A stretch of 64,000 nucleotides of DNA from the human T2T-CHM13v2.0 reference genome, Homo sapiens. Position 1 is the first letter of the stretch. Each line of letters starts with the position of its first letter. Made by a program: the position numbers and the translations under genes. The notes beneath the pieces were generated by a model that was given only the letters and a program-made list of their open reading frames with translations, did not search any database and had not been told where the DNA came from. Positions 1 through 15,416 of this stretch are shown here, piece by piece. The stretch lies in NCBI RefSeq assembly GCF_009914755.1, contig NC_060934.1; one strand, 5' to 3'.

Positions 1-1714
1 GGGGTGAACACGAGGGGAAGCCAAGGAAAGGCTTCTCAGGGAAGGAACACTTGAATTGAGTTGATGAACCTCCCCGTAAATCTAAACCATCGCATAAAAA
101 CAATAACTTCAGGAAATAGAATGGAAAAATATGCTAAATTATTAATATTAGCATTCCTGGCTTTTAGCTTGGTGGAAGTTTTTTTTTTCTTCCCTATTTT
201 GGTATTTCCAAATCTTCCAGCATGAATTATAAAAATAGTTAGCTTTTTTATGATAAAAAAGTAAAAAAAAAACCTGGAGGAAATAGTTCTTACACACACA
301 CACAAACGTGCACACACACACACACGATTAAAACAAATGAAAACAAACAAAAATCCCTGTTGAGCAATGCAAACACACATCACACTTTGATATTAATAAA
401 ACGAGACACACTCGGATATCTCATTGTGCATTTTCTCATATGTTTCTGGAAGTCAGCTGCAGGTACTGGAAATGAAGCTTCTTCTCAAAATAAATTTTCC
501 GAAAACAACAAAAAAAGATTGAAGAAAAAAGTGAGAAAAAGGATGAGAAATGGTGAAATCTTTTTACTGAGTTTATGAGTTGAGTGGGTAGCAGGGAAAG
601 GATGGGTTGGGAGGGAACGGGGAGGAAAGGAAATAGGAGTTTTTGGTGATGTTCCACTCATAAAAGTCAGTGGATATTTTTACAGGTACCAGCTAGTCCT
701 TCCTGAAAATCCTCTAACGGCGACAGGCTGTGAAGCAGTAACAGGAAGATAAATGCTTTTCTGAAGAGTAATTTTAGTGCCGTGTGGAAAATGTGAAGGG
801 GGAAAAAAATAAAGATCGAATGGAAAATCCATCCACGGGCCAACCCACACCACAGAAGTGTTGGGGACCTTGCGTGTCCTAATTAGCCCCTACACCAGGA
901 GCAGCAGCCCCAGCAGAGGCCTCTCTCTGGGCAAATGCCCTCGTCCTTTGTGGGGGGCAGCCTGGGTAAAGAGCATTCATTTACTCCACATGCCCTGAAT
1001 GTGGCTATCATTTTGAGGGTGCAGAAGAATTGGAAAGTATAAAAAGCTAAGACCACCAAGCAGTGACCTTTTCCCCTTATTCTACAATGCAAGTCTATTT
1101 TTCCATAATGGGTATTAGATGTTTCTGAATGGAGCCTTCCTAATGCAGGCAGTGTTGCAGGGAAGCTGCTTGCAAACTCTAACCTCTCTCCAACTCAGCT
1201 TTTTTTTCTACCCTAGTCAACCCTTTTGCAATCACGATGAAGTTCACGCAGATCTCACCAAGACTCATCTCTTCCTTTTGTTTTCTCTCCGTGCTGAGAT
1301 GATCCTCATATAGTGCTCTTCGGAAGTTCAGAATTTTCCCATGCTCCTGTGGCAAGCTTTAGAGTTTCCAGTGCCGGAGCACCACCCAGCTGGCGGAAGC
1401 CAAAAACAAGATGGCGTCGTCATGAAATAAACCCTACTAGTGTGTGGGGGATTCATAGCTTTCTCCCCTCTTCTTTACTCGTACAGCTTCTCTTCCAAGT
1501 CAGAGAATTTGAGATGATAGAAAATTCTGAGGATTTCCTGAGAGCTTTGTACTGAGACATCTTTAAATATCTAAGAGAAACATGGGCAACTGTAATTTCC
1601 TTCCTAGGACCACCTCACTAGATGATACCGTTCTGTTTTAACAAGGGTAGCCAATGGTTGAAAATAAGAGTCATACCCCATGTTCAGAGCATAGCCATTT
1701 TATGTTTTGAGGTA

Positions 1715-2142
1715 CAATTAACCCTTGAACAACTTGAAGGTTAGGGCAGTATGCATACTCCTCCATACTCCAAATTCTGTGTATAACTTTTGCCTTCCCA
1801 AAAACTTAACGACTCATAGTCCACTATTGACGGGAAACCTTATCCATAAGATAAACCGTTGATTAACATGTATTTTGTATGTTCTATGTATTTTGTACTG
1901 TATTCTTACAATAAAGTAAGCTAGAGAAAAGGAAATGTTATTAAGCAAATCATAAGAGAAAATGTATTTGTTATTCATTAAGTGGGAGTGGATCGTCATA
2001 AAGGTTTTCATTCTAGTTTTCTCTGTGTTGAGTAGGCTGGGGAGGAGGAGAGAGAGGAGAGGTTGGTTTTGCTGTCTCGGGTGTGGCAGGGGTGGAAGAA
2101 AATCCACATATAAGTGGAAACTTGCAATTCAAGGGTCAACCG
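1715..2142. mobile_element. Tigger2a/MER28-type non-autonomous TcMar DNA transposon
   Basis: Terminal inverted repeats CAATTAACCCTTGAA...TTCAAGGGTCAACCG flanked by TA (1713-1714, 2143-2144); the interior matches the recalled Tigger2a consensus (e.g. CTTACAATAAAGTAAGCTAGAGAAAA). Confidence 0.85.
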
Positions 2143-2734
2143 TATATTTTTTTTCCAGTCAAAGGGACTTTCTACTCCCACACAGGCAGTCATTGAGTTC
2201 TAATGGTTGACTTTTAAAACACAAAAACTATAGGATCTACAGGAATAATTTCACATTTAATTGAAAACGGGAGACAATCCCAAAGGACTTAGCATAAAGG
2301 AGATGGTTCCTGGTCCAGTCTTAAGCCACCTGCTGTAATATGTCCAAAGTCCCTTTTTGGTCCTATAGTCCAGGCAATAACTCGGAATGTTTACTTCTCT
2401 TGTCTTTAATCCTTAGCCTAAGGGTTTGTCTGTTTCTGAGTTTTAATTGTTGTCTTTTGAGGAGTTTCATTCAGGTCTGGTTAGATGTAGAATTAAGTTG
2501 GAACCTGATTTGAAGGAGTTTACTTTATTCCTTGGGCTATAATTGAAAATGGTAGCTGGGACCAAGGGGCTGCTGACAAGATTGCTAGTTTGGCCTTTTG
2601 TGACCAAGAACCTGACTTGATGAAGCAGTGATGTGGGATTATTGCGTTTGAAATGATGAACTCACATAAGCTTTGGTACAGAAGTCGTCAAGAGCCTCAG
2701 GAGCACCAGGATCCAGCCTCGCCCAGCTGACTTA

Positions 2735-2842
2735 GGGAGAGCAGTGGTTCCAGTTTGCTGGGGACTATTCTGGGTTTAAAAGAGAAAGTCTCAAGCTCTG
2801 GAAAACCCCTTAGTTCTGGGCAAACAGGAGAGTTGGTCACCT
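2735..2842 (-). mobile_element. MER94-like hAT-Blackjack remnant
   Basis: Ends in GGGCAAACAGGAGAGTTGGTCACC, resembling the recalled MER94 terminus; highly diverged. Confidence 0.45.
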
Positions 2843-3018
2843 GGAATTTAAGTCTGAATGAATCAAAACCAAAAAGCAACTAGGGAAACACTGATGATAT
2901 CAGGTTTGAGTTTTCTTCCCGTGCGGACTGAACCCTGTTCACAATCATTTTACTAATTAGGGTGGAGAAGAATGAGAGAAAGGGAGGACAGGTGGAATAT
3001 ATATACACATATATATAG

Positions 3019-3615
<597 letters not shown>

Positions 3616-4189
3616 TAGCTTGTCTTCAGTAGTGGCCAAGGTTAGAGAATGGACCAACCTGTGATACCAACGGAGGTTGAGCCTAAGCTAAGGAAAGCAA
3701 TTTGGGATGAAGAATGAGTCTTTCCTTCATTCCGTCTTTCCTTTCTTCCTTCCTCCTTCCTTTTTGTTTTTTAATTTATATATGCTGTGTAGACAGCAAG
3801 GCTGAAACTATCAGAATGTGGGAGAATCTCCTTCTCCAGAGGCAGCCACCCTCTGTGCTCCAGTACTTGATGTGAGTGTTCATCATGGGTCTATCGCTCC
3901 AGAAGACCAAGGTTGATTCGGGGGCTGTGGTCAGCCTTCGTGATGGAACTTGGCCTTTTGGCCACTTCATTGTGTTTGTGAATCTATCCTGGATAGTGAC
4001 CAACTCTCATGGTTTGTCCAGAGCTAAGGGGTCTTCAAAGGCTTGAGAGTTGCAGGTTTGGGCTGTAATATTAATATTATTTATACCTCTTTCTCATCTA
4101 CAGGGGTTAAATTGAATCCAAATAGTGTGCTGTTTACCTCTATTTCTCTCCATCTTTACCCAATCAAAAGTGAGAGCATTATTCACTAA

Positions 4190-4483
<294 letters not shown>

Positions 4484-4871
4484 CCACTGTGAATAATATA
4501 AAACCCAGATATGCCAGGGTTTCTAAAAAGGGAGATTCTTCCTGTGGGCAAAAATGGCAGGACTTGTAGTCTTGCTTATTGAGTCTTTGCCACCATTGTG
4601 TTCAGGCTAAACACTTAAACTTGAGTTCAACAAATGGAAAGGGACAATTGCAAGGATATAATTCTAAAGAGGAACATGATGTTAAATAATCTGGCTTATA
4701 AAATCATATCACTGCATTTTCCAATTACTGTCTCTTCTTGGTCACCTTCCCACATGGCTTTACCCCTGTGTTCACAGGACAGTGGGCATGTTTGATCCTA
4801 CCTCCTGGGAGGGCCTCAAGAGAAGCAAAAGACAGAAGCCCATAAAGACAGAGGTATTCCTTCTCATTCCC

Positions 4872-5449
<578 letters not shown>

Positions 5450-7294
5450 TAGAAATCAGGGAATGGAGAAATTACATAGCTGTGCGTATGTGACTGTATC
5501 TTACCTGGACATCAGTTTGCCCTTTGCTTGTAGTAAAATGATATGGACGATATCGTCTTGAGGGGTCATGGAGATTTTTCAGACTCTTTGAGCAGATCTT
5601 TGAGATCTTCCTTGGTGAAACCATTTCTTAGTGGATTAGTATCCTTATAAATTATGAAAACATGGCACCTAACGATGAACGAGGACCTCAACACAAATAA
5701 AATGATGAGAGCCAGGCTGCTGTGGACCTCAGAGGTTCTAGGGAGGTCTGTTCTCATGACTGCATGCATTTGAGTTGATCTAAAGATAAGAAAAATACAC
5801 TTCAAAATATTAGGCTGCGGTTGCTTCACTGATCAAAAGGAGGCGGGAGTTGTTTTGAAGGTTTCGTCTGGTTTCTACCATGGTGGCATTGCAGGTCCAC
5901 TTAGACCAGTTGTTTTGCATCCTCAGTCAACATATCCAGAAACTGAAAGGGTCTGATGCCTGAAAAGAGAATAACAAAGCCCTCCAAGCTGGAGTAAATC
6001 TGACAACAAAACAGATTGCAGCAATAATAAGAAAAAAAAATTCATTAAGCCAGACATGTTTGAAATATAGGGACTCCCTGTGGAACCACAGTGAAGACAG
6101 ATTAAACACAAAAGCATTCAGTGTCTCCATTGTAAAATCAAAGCTCCAGTTTATGGGGCCACTTTGAACATAGTTGAAGTAGTAGGTTCATTATTCTGCC
6201 TAATTCCCACTTTTCACTGTGAAACAATGTTAAATGTTAGAATTTTTTTGGAGGTATGAATTAACAAATACTGAGTTTCCGTGAAATGTTTAGGGACATG
6301 TTTTATTTTCCCCATTAAAAATGTCAGCTATTTCTTTAATGTGGTTAATCTCCAATGTTTTCCCAAAGAAGCAACTGATGATTAGACAGCAAAGTCAAAC
6401 AGTTAATTTTAAGAATATGTGCTATGACCCAGAATTGGTGTGTAACGTTAGCTACAGATATAGAATCTGAAAGTGGGAACTGCCATGGAAGCCGACAGGA
6501 AGAAGGTGGCACTTGGGCTAAAAGTGATCCAAAAATGAGTGTCATTGAAATTTTCACTACACCTTAAAATAATGTGATTTTTGAAAGATTATTTAAAAAT
6601 TTAATGAAAACCTTAGTTTACACAAAAATTTGACAAGTAAGTAAGATTTGTAACAGTTTGGTGGGAGTAGGGCAGGAAAAAACTTTGCCAAATTGGACTT
6701 TCCTTTAAAAGAATCTTTAGAATTAAAACGTTGCCACTAATGATGACATAATATATTGGCAGAAGGAAGATATGCTGGAATGATGTTAAACCTTGCAAGT
6801 TCAACGTATTTCTTGGCGGTCTTATGATCATGGACATGGGTTTAGTAAAAAATCGTTCTTGTAATGATTATGGGGAAAATTGTAACCTCGAATATCAGAC
6901 AGTCTAAATTTAAACATTTCTTTTTATAGGTTTCTGTGATAAATTGTTAATGTAGCACTCCTTAAATAATTGGTTATTAAATATGGCCCTGGGTTGTACA
7001 ATAAGAATAAATGTAGTATCACTTTAAATAATCTTCGAAAGACTATTATCCCAGATATTTAGTTTTACCAACACAGGACCCTATAAAGACTTGCAGGGCA
7101 GACATATTTCCTTTTTTGCAGATTTAAGAAATGTAAGCTTTTGACTTGCCTAAAGCTGAGAACCGCTGGAGTGAGTAGCCAGCTCCTCCTTCCTCTGGAT
7201 CAGTGCCTACTGTGTTTTGGTGATTGAATAAGATACTTTTGCTTCTGGGTTGCTCTTGAATGAGACCTGAAGCTTTAAAAATATTCTTGGCCAG

Positions 7295-7616
<322 letters not shown>

Positions 7617-7700
7617 CTAGTTTCAGGTTAAAAAAATAATGCATCCTCACTCCTTGCCATTCTGTAGTGAATGAATGCACTATAAATCTTCACTTAACTT

Positions 7701-8016
7701 TATTTTTTTTTTTAATTACAACATTTTTTAGAGACAGACAGGGTTTTGCTCTGTTGCCCAGGCTGGAGTACAGTGGTGCAATCATAGCTCACTGCAGCCT
7801 CCACCTCCTGGGCTTAAGTGATCATTGATCTTGGCCTCCCGAGTAGCTGGGACTATAGGTGTGCACCACCATGCCTGGCTAATTTTTGTTTTTCTTTGTA
7901 GATTCAGGACCTTGCTATGTTGCCCAGGCTGGTCTTGAGTTTTTTATCTCAAGCAATTCTCCTGCCATGGCCTCCCAAATCTCTGAGATTATAGGAGTGA
8001 GCCACCATGCCTGGCC
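7701..8016 (-). mobile_element. Alu (AluJ-like)
   Basis: Antisense dimer with ATAGCTCACTGCAGCCTC (J-type). Confidence 0.93.
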
Positions 8017-8683
8017 CTAATTCTTCATTTTAATATATAAAATCTAGGTGCCCTTTTATGTCCTATCTGTGGAATTGCCTGGTTCTTTTCATCTGTATTA
8101 TATTTCCATCTGAGGGGAGTCCTAAGTTGCTACTATGATCAATGAATAATTTATCACTCACCATCATTTATTGAGCATATGCTGAAAACAAGTTGGCAAA
8201 GAACCGAGAATGAACTGCAGATATTTAAAGAACTTTTAGAATAATGGAAATTCTTGTAAAAGGGCTTTTGGGGAACTGTCTTTCATTATTAGACAAAAGA
8301 GGTTTTGTCTAATAGGCAAAGTATGGAGTTTGGGAGAAAGGTAAGGTGAGGATGTTACTTTGGGAGTCCCCAGCATAGAATCAGTCATCTGGGGTGTGAA
8401 AATGGATGGAAAAGAAAAGCTGAGGTCTGAGAACTGTAGTCTAGCGATGCCAGAGTGTAGAGCAGGGCTCCCTTTCTGGCTGCACAGAAGTTTAAAATCA
8501 TGTAGCCTTGGAATCCAAACTTAGGAAGTGTTCAGGAAAGGGAGATTGTTCAGCAGTGCCAAGCACAGCGGATGCAACAAGTAACACAACATTGGCCATT
8601 CATTTTGTGAATGGGGAGGTCGTTTTGATCTTGACAAGGGCGGTTTCTGCGGATTAGTGAAGGTGAAAGTCTAAATGGAGTAT

Positions 8684-8853
8684 ATATTTTTTAATTTTTA
8701 TATTTTGAGACAAGGTCTCACTCGGTCACCCAGACTGGAGTGCAGTGGCACGAATGCAGCCCACTGTAGCCTCCACCTCCTGGGCTCAAGTGATCCTGTC
8801 TCCTGGGCCTACCAAAGTGCTGGGATTATAGGCATGAGCCATTGCGCCCTGCC
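8684..8853 (-). mobile_element. Monomer-length Alu (left-arm 5' part fused to right-arm 3' part)
   Basis: Alu 5' and 3' ends within ~170 bp, bounded by TSD TAAATGGAGTAT (8672-8683, 8854-8865). Confidence 0.85.
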
Positions 8854-9035
8854 TAAATGGAGTATTTTCATGAAAGGATAAGAAAGGAGAAAAGAAAGAT
8901 GGTCAACACAGATAATTCTTTAGAGAAGTTTTATTACAAAAGGGAACGGAATATAGGAGGTGCATTGAGGGACTTGGAGTTAAGGGATTTTTTTTTTTTT
9001 TAAAGATGGTAAAAAGTTGCAGCCTGTTTTTCTGG

Positions 9036-9341
9036 TTTTGTTTTGTTTTTTTTAGAGACAGGGGCTCTCTTTCTCACCCAGGCTAGAGTGCAGTGGTGGG
9101 ACCGTAGCTCACTGCAGCCTTGAATGCCTTCACTTAACCGATCCTCCCACCTTAGCTCCCTGAATAGCTGGGACCATAGGTGCACACCACCATGCCCAGC
9201 TAATCTTTTCTATATATATATGTTTTTTGAGACAGGATCTCACTACATTGCCCAGGCTGAGCTTGAACTCCTGGGCTCAAGCGATCCATCTGCCACGACT
9301 CTCAAAGTGCTGGGATTACAGGTGTGAGCTACTGCTCGGCC
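9036..9341 (-). mobile_element. Alu (AluJ-like)
   Basis: Antisense dimer, AGAGACAGGGGCTCTC...CTGCTCGGCC. Confidence 0.92.
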
Positions 9342-9399
9342 AAGGTTTTTGATATTATTGTGGCTAATGTCATCAACTCCTCAATATTCACTCCACTAC

Positions 9400-9856
9400 A
9401 ATGGATTAACCTAAGCCAATCATGGTGACTGTGCAACTCATGCCAACGATGGGTTTTGGAATACATGAGTGACCTCACTTTAGTTGATGGATATGAAAAG
9501 AATTCTAACACAAAGGTGGAGAGCTGGCTTGAAGGAGACTTCAGGGAAAAGTTCTAAATTCCTTTACAAACCATTGAAGAAGAGATGATTCCTCCTCTTC
9601 TTTCTCTAGATGCTTTTAATTGTGAGGCCTGGTGCTGATTCAGCCATCTTATCTCCAGTCTGTGACCGAGGCTAATACACATGGAGATCAAAGTAGAAAG
9701 AAATGCAAAGAAGTGGACCCGGAGCCTGACATATCACGCCTAAGGCAAACCTTCTCTTTAGGCTTTTTGTGATGTGAGCTAACAAATTTCCTTACTTTAC
9801 AGCCACTTTTAGTTGTGATTTCCTGTTACTCGCACCTGAAAACATCCTACTGATAC
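9400..9856 (+). mobile_element. Old MaLR LTR remnant (MLT1J/K-like)
   Basis: CAGCCATCTT and 3' ...TTTCCTGTTACTCGCACCTGAAAACATCCTACTGATAC resemble MLT1 LTR ends. Confidence 0.5.
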
Positions 9857-10694
9857 TGATAAGTCCTGAAACATTGCTCTTCAGAAAGCTGTGTACATGC
9901 ACACCTTGAAAAGATGTCACAATATGTTGCAATACATCCTTAAATAATAAATACTTATGTTTCAGTAAATCTAAATGCCATTTGGTATAATGAGTGTGTT
10001 TGTCAGTAAGACTTTTTGTTAAAATTAGTCTGATCAACTTTTGAGGTGTTGTGTGTATCAGGGGCCCAGTAAGTATTTGCTGGCTACATGTGACTGATGC
10101 TGTGGGGAGGGTACCGGGGAGAGGTTTGCTCTGTGGCCTCGGGCCTCAGGGTAGAGGCAGGTTGTGTGAAGCCACTAATGTTGAAGGCAGTGTCACTCTT
10201 GATGGATCACATTTTGAAACTAGTTTTTGAATATCTCTTGAATCTTTTCTCTCCATTCCCAGAGAGGCTGCCTTTGTTTACCCCCTTATAATACCTTCAC
10301 TGGATTCTTGCCAAGACATTCTAACTGTGCTATCCTGAGACTTCCCACTCCTCTGCTACAAGACAGTCTTATTCCTCAGCACTCTCTCCTTGTAGGTTAA
10401 GTCCCGTCCAAGATCCTTCCAAGTTCCTTCCTTACAAACATAAGCAATATGGTGCTCTCATTCTTCTGGTTTCCTGGATATTCCTGATATCTCTGCATCT
10501 TTGGGTTGCACAGCCTTTGACCTTTGAGCTGGATACAGAAGACATGCACTACAATTTGATGGAGGAATGAATAGGGCAACCCAGCAGTATATGCATGGTT
10601 GTCTGTAAAAAAAATTCGGTATGAACTGCTTCAGGACAGAAATGGAAAGCTGGAGGCCTGGGAAGTGAATTATGCCTGCAGGCAAGTTTTCTAA

Positions 10695-11393
<699 letters not shown>

Positions 11394-12310
11394 TGATTAG
11401 AGCTCAGCCTTCTTTTGAAGTCTCTCACTTTTCTGAATTCTTCTCACTTTTCAGAGTGTCAGCGTCCTTATTTGTAAAATACATTATCTGGGCAGATGAG
11501 TTGTGAGGTCGTGGACTGTATGTGGTTATTGTGAATTTATTCTGAGACGTGTCTGCATGTTATGTGTCCCTTAGTTGAAGGGTACAGGGCTGGTGGGGAG
11601 CGTACTCTATCTAGCAGGACCTTTGCCTGACGTGGGGGATAATGGCCTATTTCCCTCCTGTCAAACCTGAAGCCTAGGGAATTTCTGAAATACTGAAATC
11701 CACTCCTTTGGCTTATGGCTCCGTGTAAGCTGTAAAACACACACTCAACACTTGATACATTTCATTACGATGAAAGGACTCTCAAGTGCAAGTGACAGAG
11801 TATGTTGACCTACGGTTAGGGGCATTACACTGTGCTTGACTGTCTTCAGAAGAGTTTTGCCCAGTTGTGGCTTTAACTTGACATCCAGACAACAAAGCTC
11901 CCTGATCACATTTAATAAGAAAATTTAATAACCCCTTATTGAGTATTTCTGCTGCCCCCATAGATTAACCTTTAACAAATGAAGTTTTCGTTGCCACACA
12001 GCCTCAAGAATGTTCTCTCTGTGATGAATGTGTCTAAATTTGTGTGGACATGAAGACTCTGGAGGCTGGGAAAGTCCCATTGTGTGTGGAAAAGTTCCCA
12101 GGGAGCCAGCTCCTGTGGAATTGATGTCACCAAGACACTAGGAATGACTTCCAGGGCCCACAGCCTCCTAATCACATTCATCCACACTAAATTACAACAT
12201 ATAGGAGAAACCCATTTCTCCGGGTATTTAAATACTAGACACACATAAGCAGCCAAATAATTTCCCCAAGATTTTTCAATACATGGTCATCTATTTAAAA
12301 ATGGAATGAT

Positions 12311-12626
<316 letters not shown>

Positions 12627-13161
12627 TCACAGCAGCACAGCAGTTGTTGGGAGGTGTTCGTGATAATGTGATGCGACAGTTGGTGTTGTCATGGAGACTA
12701 ATCCACATTATATGGACAAGAAAAAGAGTCAAAAAATGTCCGTATTTTATTTTGTGAATGCCTTATAAGCATTATGAAACAATGCTTATTTGCCATTTAG
12801 CAGGAGATACTCTAGATGTACAAGCTTGAAGAGAATTTGAAAGAAAGAACTGATAACACCGCAGGATCTTTCCCAAGAGCTGTTGCATCACTGTTTCCTG
12901 GGGTTTAACTGGATGATATCACAACAAATCCTTCTACATGATTTTGTCATACTGCTCCTGTAGATCAGAGAAATTTTGATTTACAATCATTTTTATTTAT
13001 GATTATGAATGATGGTTTTGAAGATCTTTTAAGGCAATGAATGTGTAATGGAAATTTCTATTCCTTTCAGGTTATGCTGGATAAGTACACAGCTTGAATT
13101 ATGTTTAGTCTCTATTATTTAAGGTTTAATTAATGTCGTGATTTTTTTTTTTCATTTTCAG

Positions 13162-13197
13162 GTAAGCCTAGAATTGTACGATTGGAACTCAATGACG
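13162..13197 (+). other. Candidate 36-nt micro-exon / recursive-splicing exon of an unidentified plus-strand transcript
   Basis: T11-CATTTTCAG acceptor (AG 13160-13161), exon starts GTAAGC, consensus donor ACG|GTAAGT at 13198, length divisible by 3, TGCATG at 13228-13233. Confidence 0.55.
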
Positions 13198-13273
13198 GTA
13201 AGTACTTATTACACACCACAGTGTATTTGCATGATATATGATATATTTTTATTAACTGAAAAAGTTTTCTAGT

Positions 13274-13310
13274 ATATATATATATATATACACACACACA
13301 TACACACACG
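13274..13310. repeat. (TA)n(CA)n microsatellite
   Basis: Visible directly. Confidence 0.9.
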
Positions 13311-13789
13311 TGTACTTAACACTTACTTATTCTAACGAAACTTTATGTTCCTTATTATATACTATACCTTATGTGCTCAAAGTGCCTTTTTGCACCCTTG
13401 GATCTGTTTGAAATCAAGATTTCTGGCTTGTAGATGTATTTTTAACTGGGAACAGATGAGCCCCTGGCCACCCGGGTGAATTATTTGGGACTGTGGTGTG
13501 TGCCACTCTGGCACTTTGCACCCTATGTGTTTCTTCTGCTTCCCTAGGGAGGTGATTGGTGAGTCTTAGGGAGGGGCCAGGACAAAGGTCCTGTGGCCTG
13601 GGGAGGACAGGTTATAGTTTAAGCTAACACCCTGTACATGCTAGGAAGTCACCAAGGAAGGAGGTGGCCTTGTCCCCCGGGGGAGTTTACACTTGTGTGC
13701 CTGTGGCTTGTGACGTACCCAGGGTAACTGCAGAGACTGGCTAGGTCCTGGAGCAGTCTCACCTTTTAAATTTTAAGTTAATTATTACT

Positions 13790-14295
13790 TCTTGAAAGGA
13801 AGTTTCCCTGTGTTGTGCAGGCTGGCCTCGACCTCCTGGGCTCAAATGATCCCCTAGTCTCAAGTGATCCTCAGGCTGAGATGACAGTAGCTGGGACGAC
13901 AGGCATGGGCCACTGTACTAATCCTTTTTCATACTGCTATGAAGAAATACCTGAGACTGGGTAATTCACAGGAAAAAAAAGAGGTTTAATGGACTCACAG
14001 CTCCACATGGCTGGGGAGGCCTCATAATCATGGGGGAAGGTGAAAGAGGAGCAAAGTCATGTCTTACATGGCAGCAGGCAGGAGAGGGGGTGCAGGGGAA
14101 CTCCCCTTTATAAAACCATCAGATCTCATGAGACTTGTTCACTATCACAAGAACAGTATGAGAAAAACCCATCCCCATTATTCAATTACCTCCCATCAGG
14201 TCCCTCCCATGACATGTGGGGATGATGAGAACTACAATTGAAGATGGGATTTGGGTAGGGACACAGCCAAACCATATCAGCCACTGTGCCCGGCC
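13790..14295 (-). mobile_element. FLAM/AluJ left-monomer-like element interrupted by a THE1 LTR
   Basis: CAGGCTGGCCTCGACCTCCTGGGCTCAA...ACAGGCATGGGCCAC resumes after the LTR as GCCACTGTGCCCGGCC. Confidence 0.8.
13914..14279 (-). mobile_element. THE1 (MaLR) solo LTR, THE1C-like
   Basis: TG...CA termini; minus strand begins TGATATGGTTTGGCTGTGTCCC; 366 bp; 5-bp TSD GCCAC (13909-13913, 14280-14284). Confidence 0.92.
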
Positions 14296-14394
14296 AAGCC
14301 TACAGCACCCAGTATTTCCAGGTGGTCTCCCATCCAAATACTAACCAGGCCCAAACCTGCTTAGCTTCTGAGTTTGGATGAGATCAGATGCATT
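14296..14394 (-). pseudogene. 5S rRNA pseudogene, 5'-truncated (about nt 23-120)
   Basis: AAGCCTACAGCACCCAGTATTTCCAGGTGGTCTCCCATCCAAATACTAACCAGGCCC...CTGCTTAGCTTC is the reverse complement of human 5S rRNA with CpG-decay changes. Confidence 0.92.
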
Positions 14395-14918
14395 ATCTTC
14401 AAGATGTAATATTTGCACCATCAATTCTAGCTTCTACACAATGTGCAGGGACATTGAATAGATCTTGTCCAAATCCCAATTTTTCTCTGTCAAGCATTGC
14501 CTCATCCCATAGTAGGAATGAGATAGAGAACATAATGCCATGGTTCAACCACCCTAGAGTGACAGAAAAATGAGATGGGTGGAGATAAATACTACTACAA
14601 AAGCTCTCCTGTTTCCTAAGCGCTCAGCATTCTATAGCAGGTGGAAATAAAATGGGCATCTATTCTGGACTCCAATGTTACCTTGTCCAGGACTTTGTGA
14701 CTGTCATCGAGGCATGACTACATACCTGTGTCCAGTTAACAACCAAAATAAGAGCAATGTCTCCTTCCGATCTCCACTTCCCCTACTTGGAGGATGTGTG
14801 TGTGTGGGGAAAGATTGCCTGCTGAACCTCCACACACCTTTGGACCCCAACATCCCCCTCAACTTTGCACTTGCTGTTTCAGGTCAGTTAAGCTGATATT
14901 AATGTTCCTTCTCATCTA

Positions 14919-15403
<485 letters not shown>

Positions 15404-15416
15404 TCAGGTAACTTAC

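Noticed and set aside
14296-14394. Functional 5S rRNA gene
   Set aside because: About 22 nt missing at the 5' end, many substitutions, and not in a 5S tandem unit.
14860-14890. Other AG|GT junction-like motifs (TTTCAG|GTCAGT at 14882; TTTCAG|GTTATG at 13070; TACAG|GTGAGT at 53063)
   Set aside because: Weaker pyrimidine tract or donor match and no clear downstream donor; expected by chance in 64 kb.
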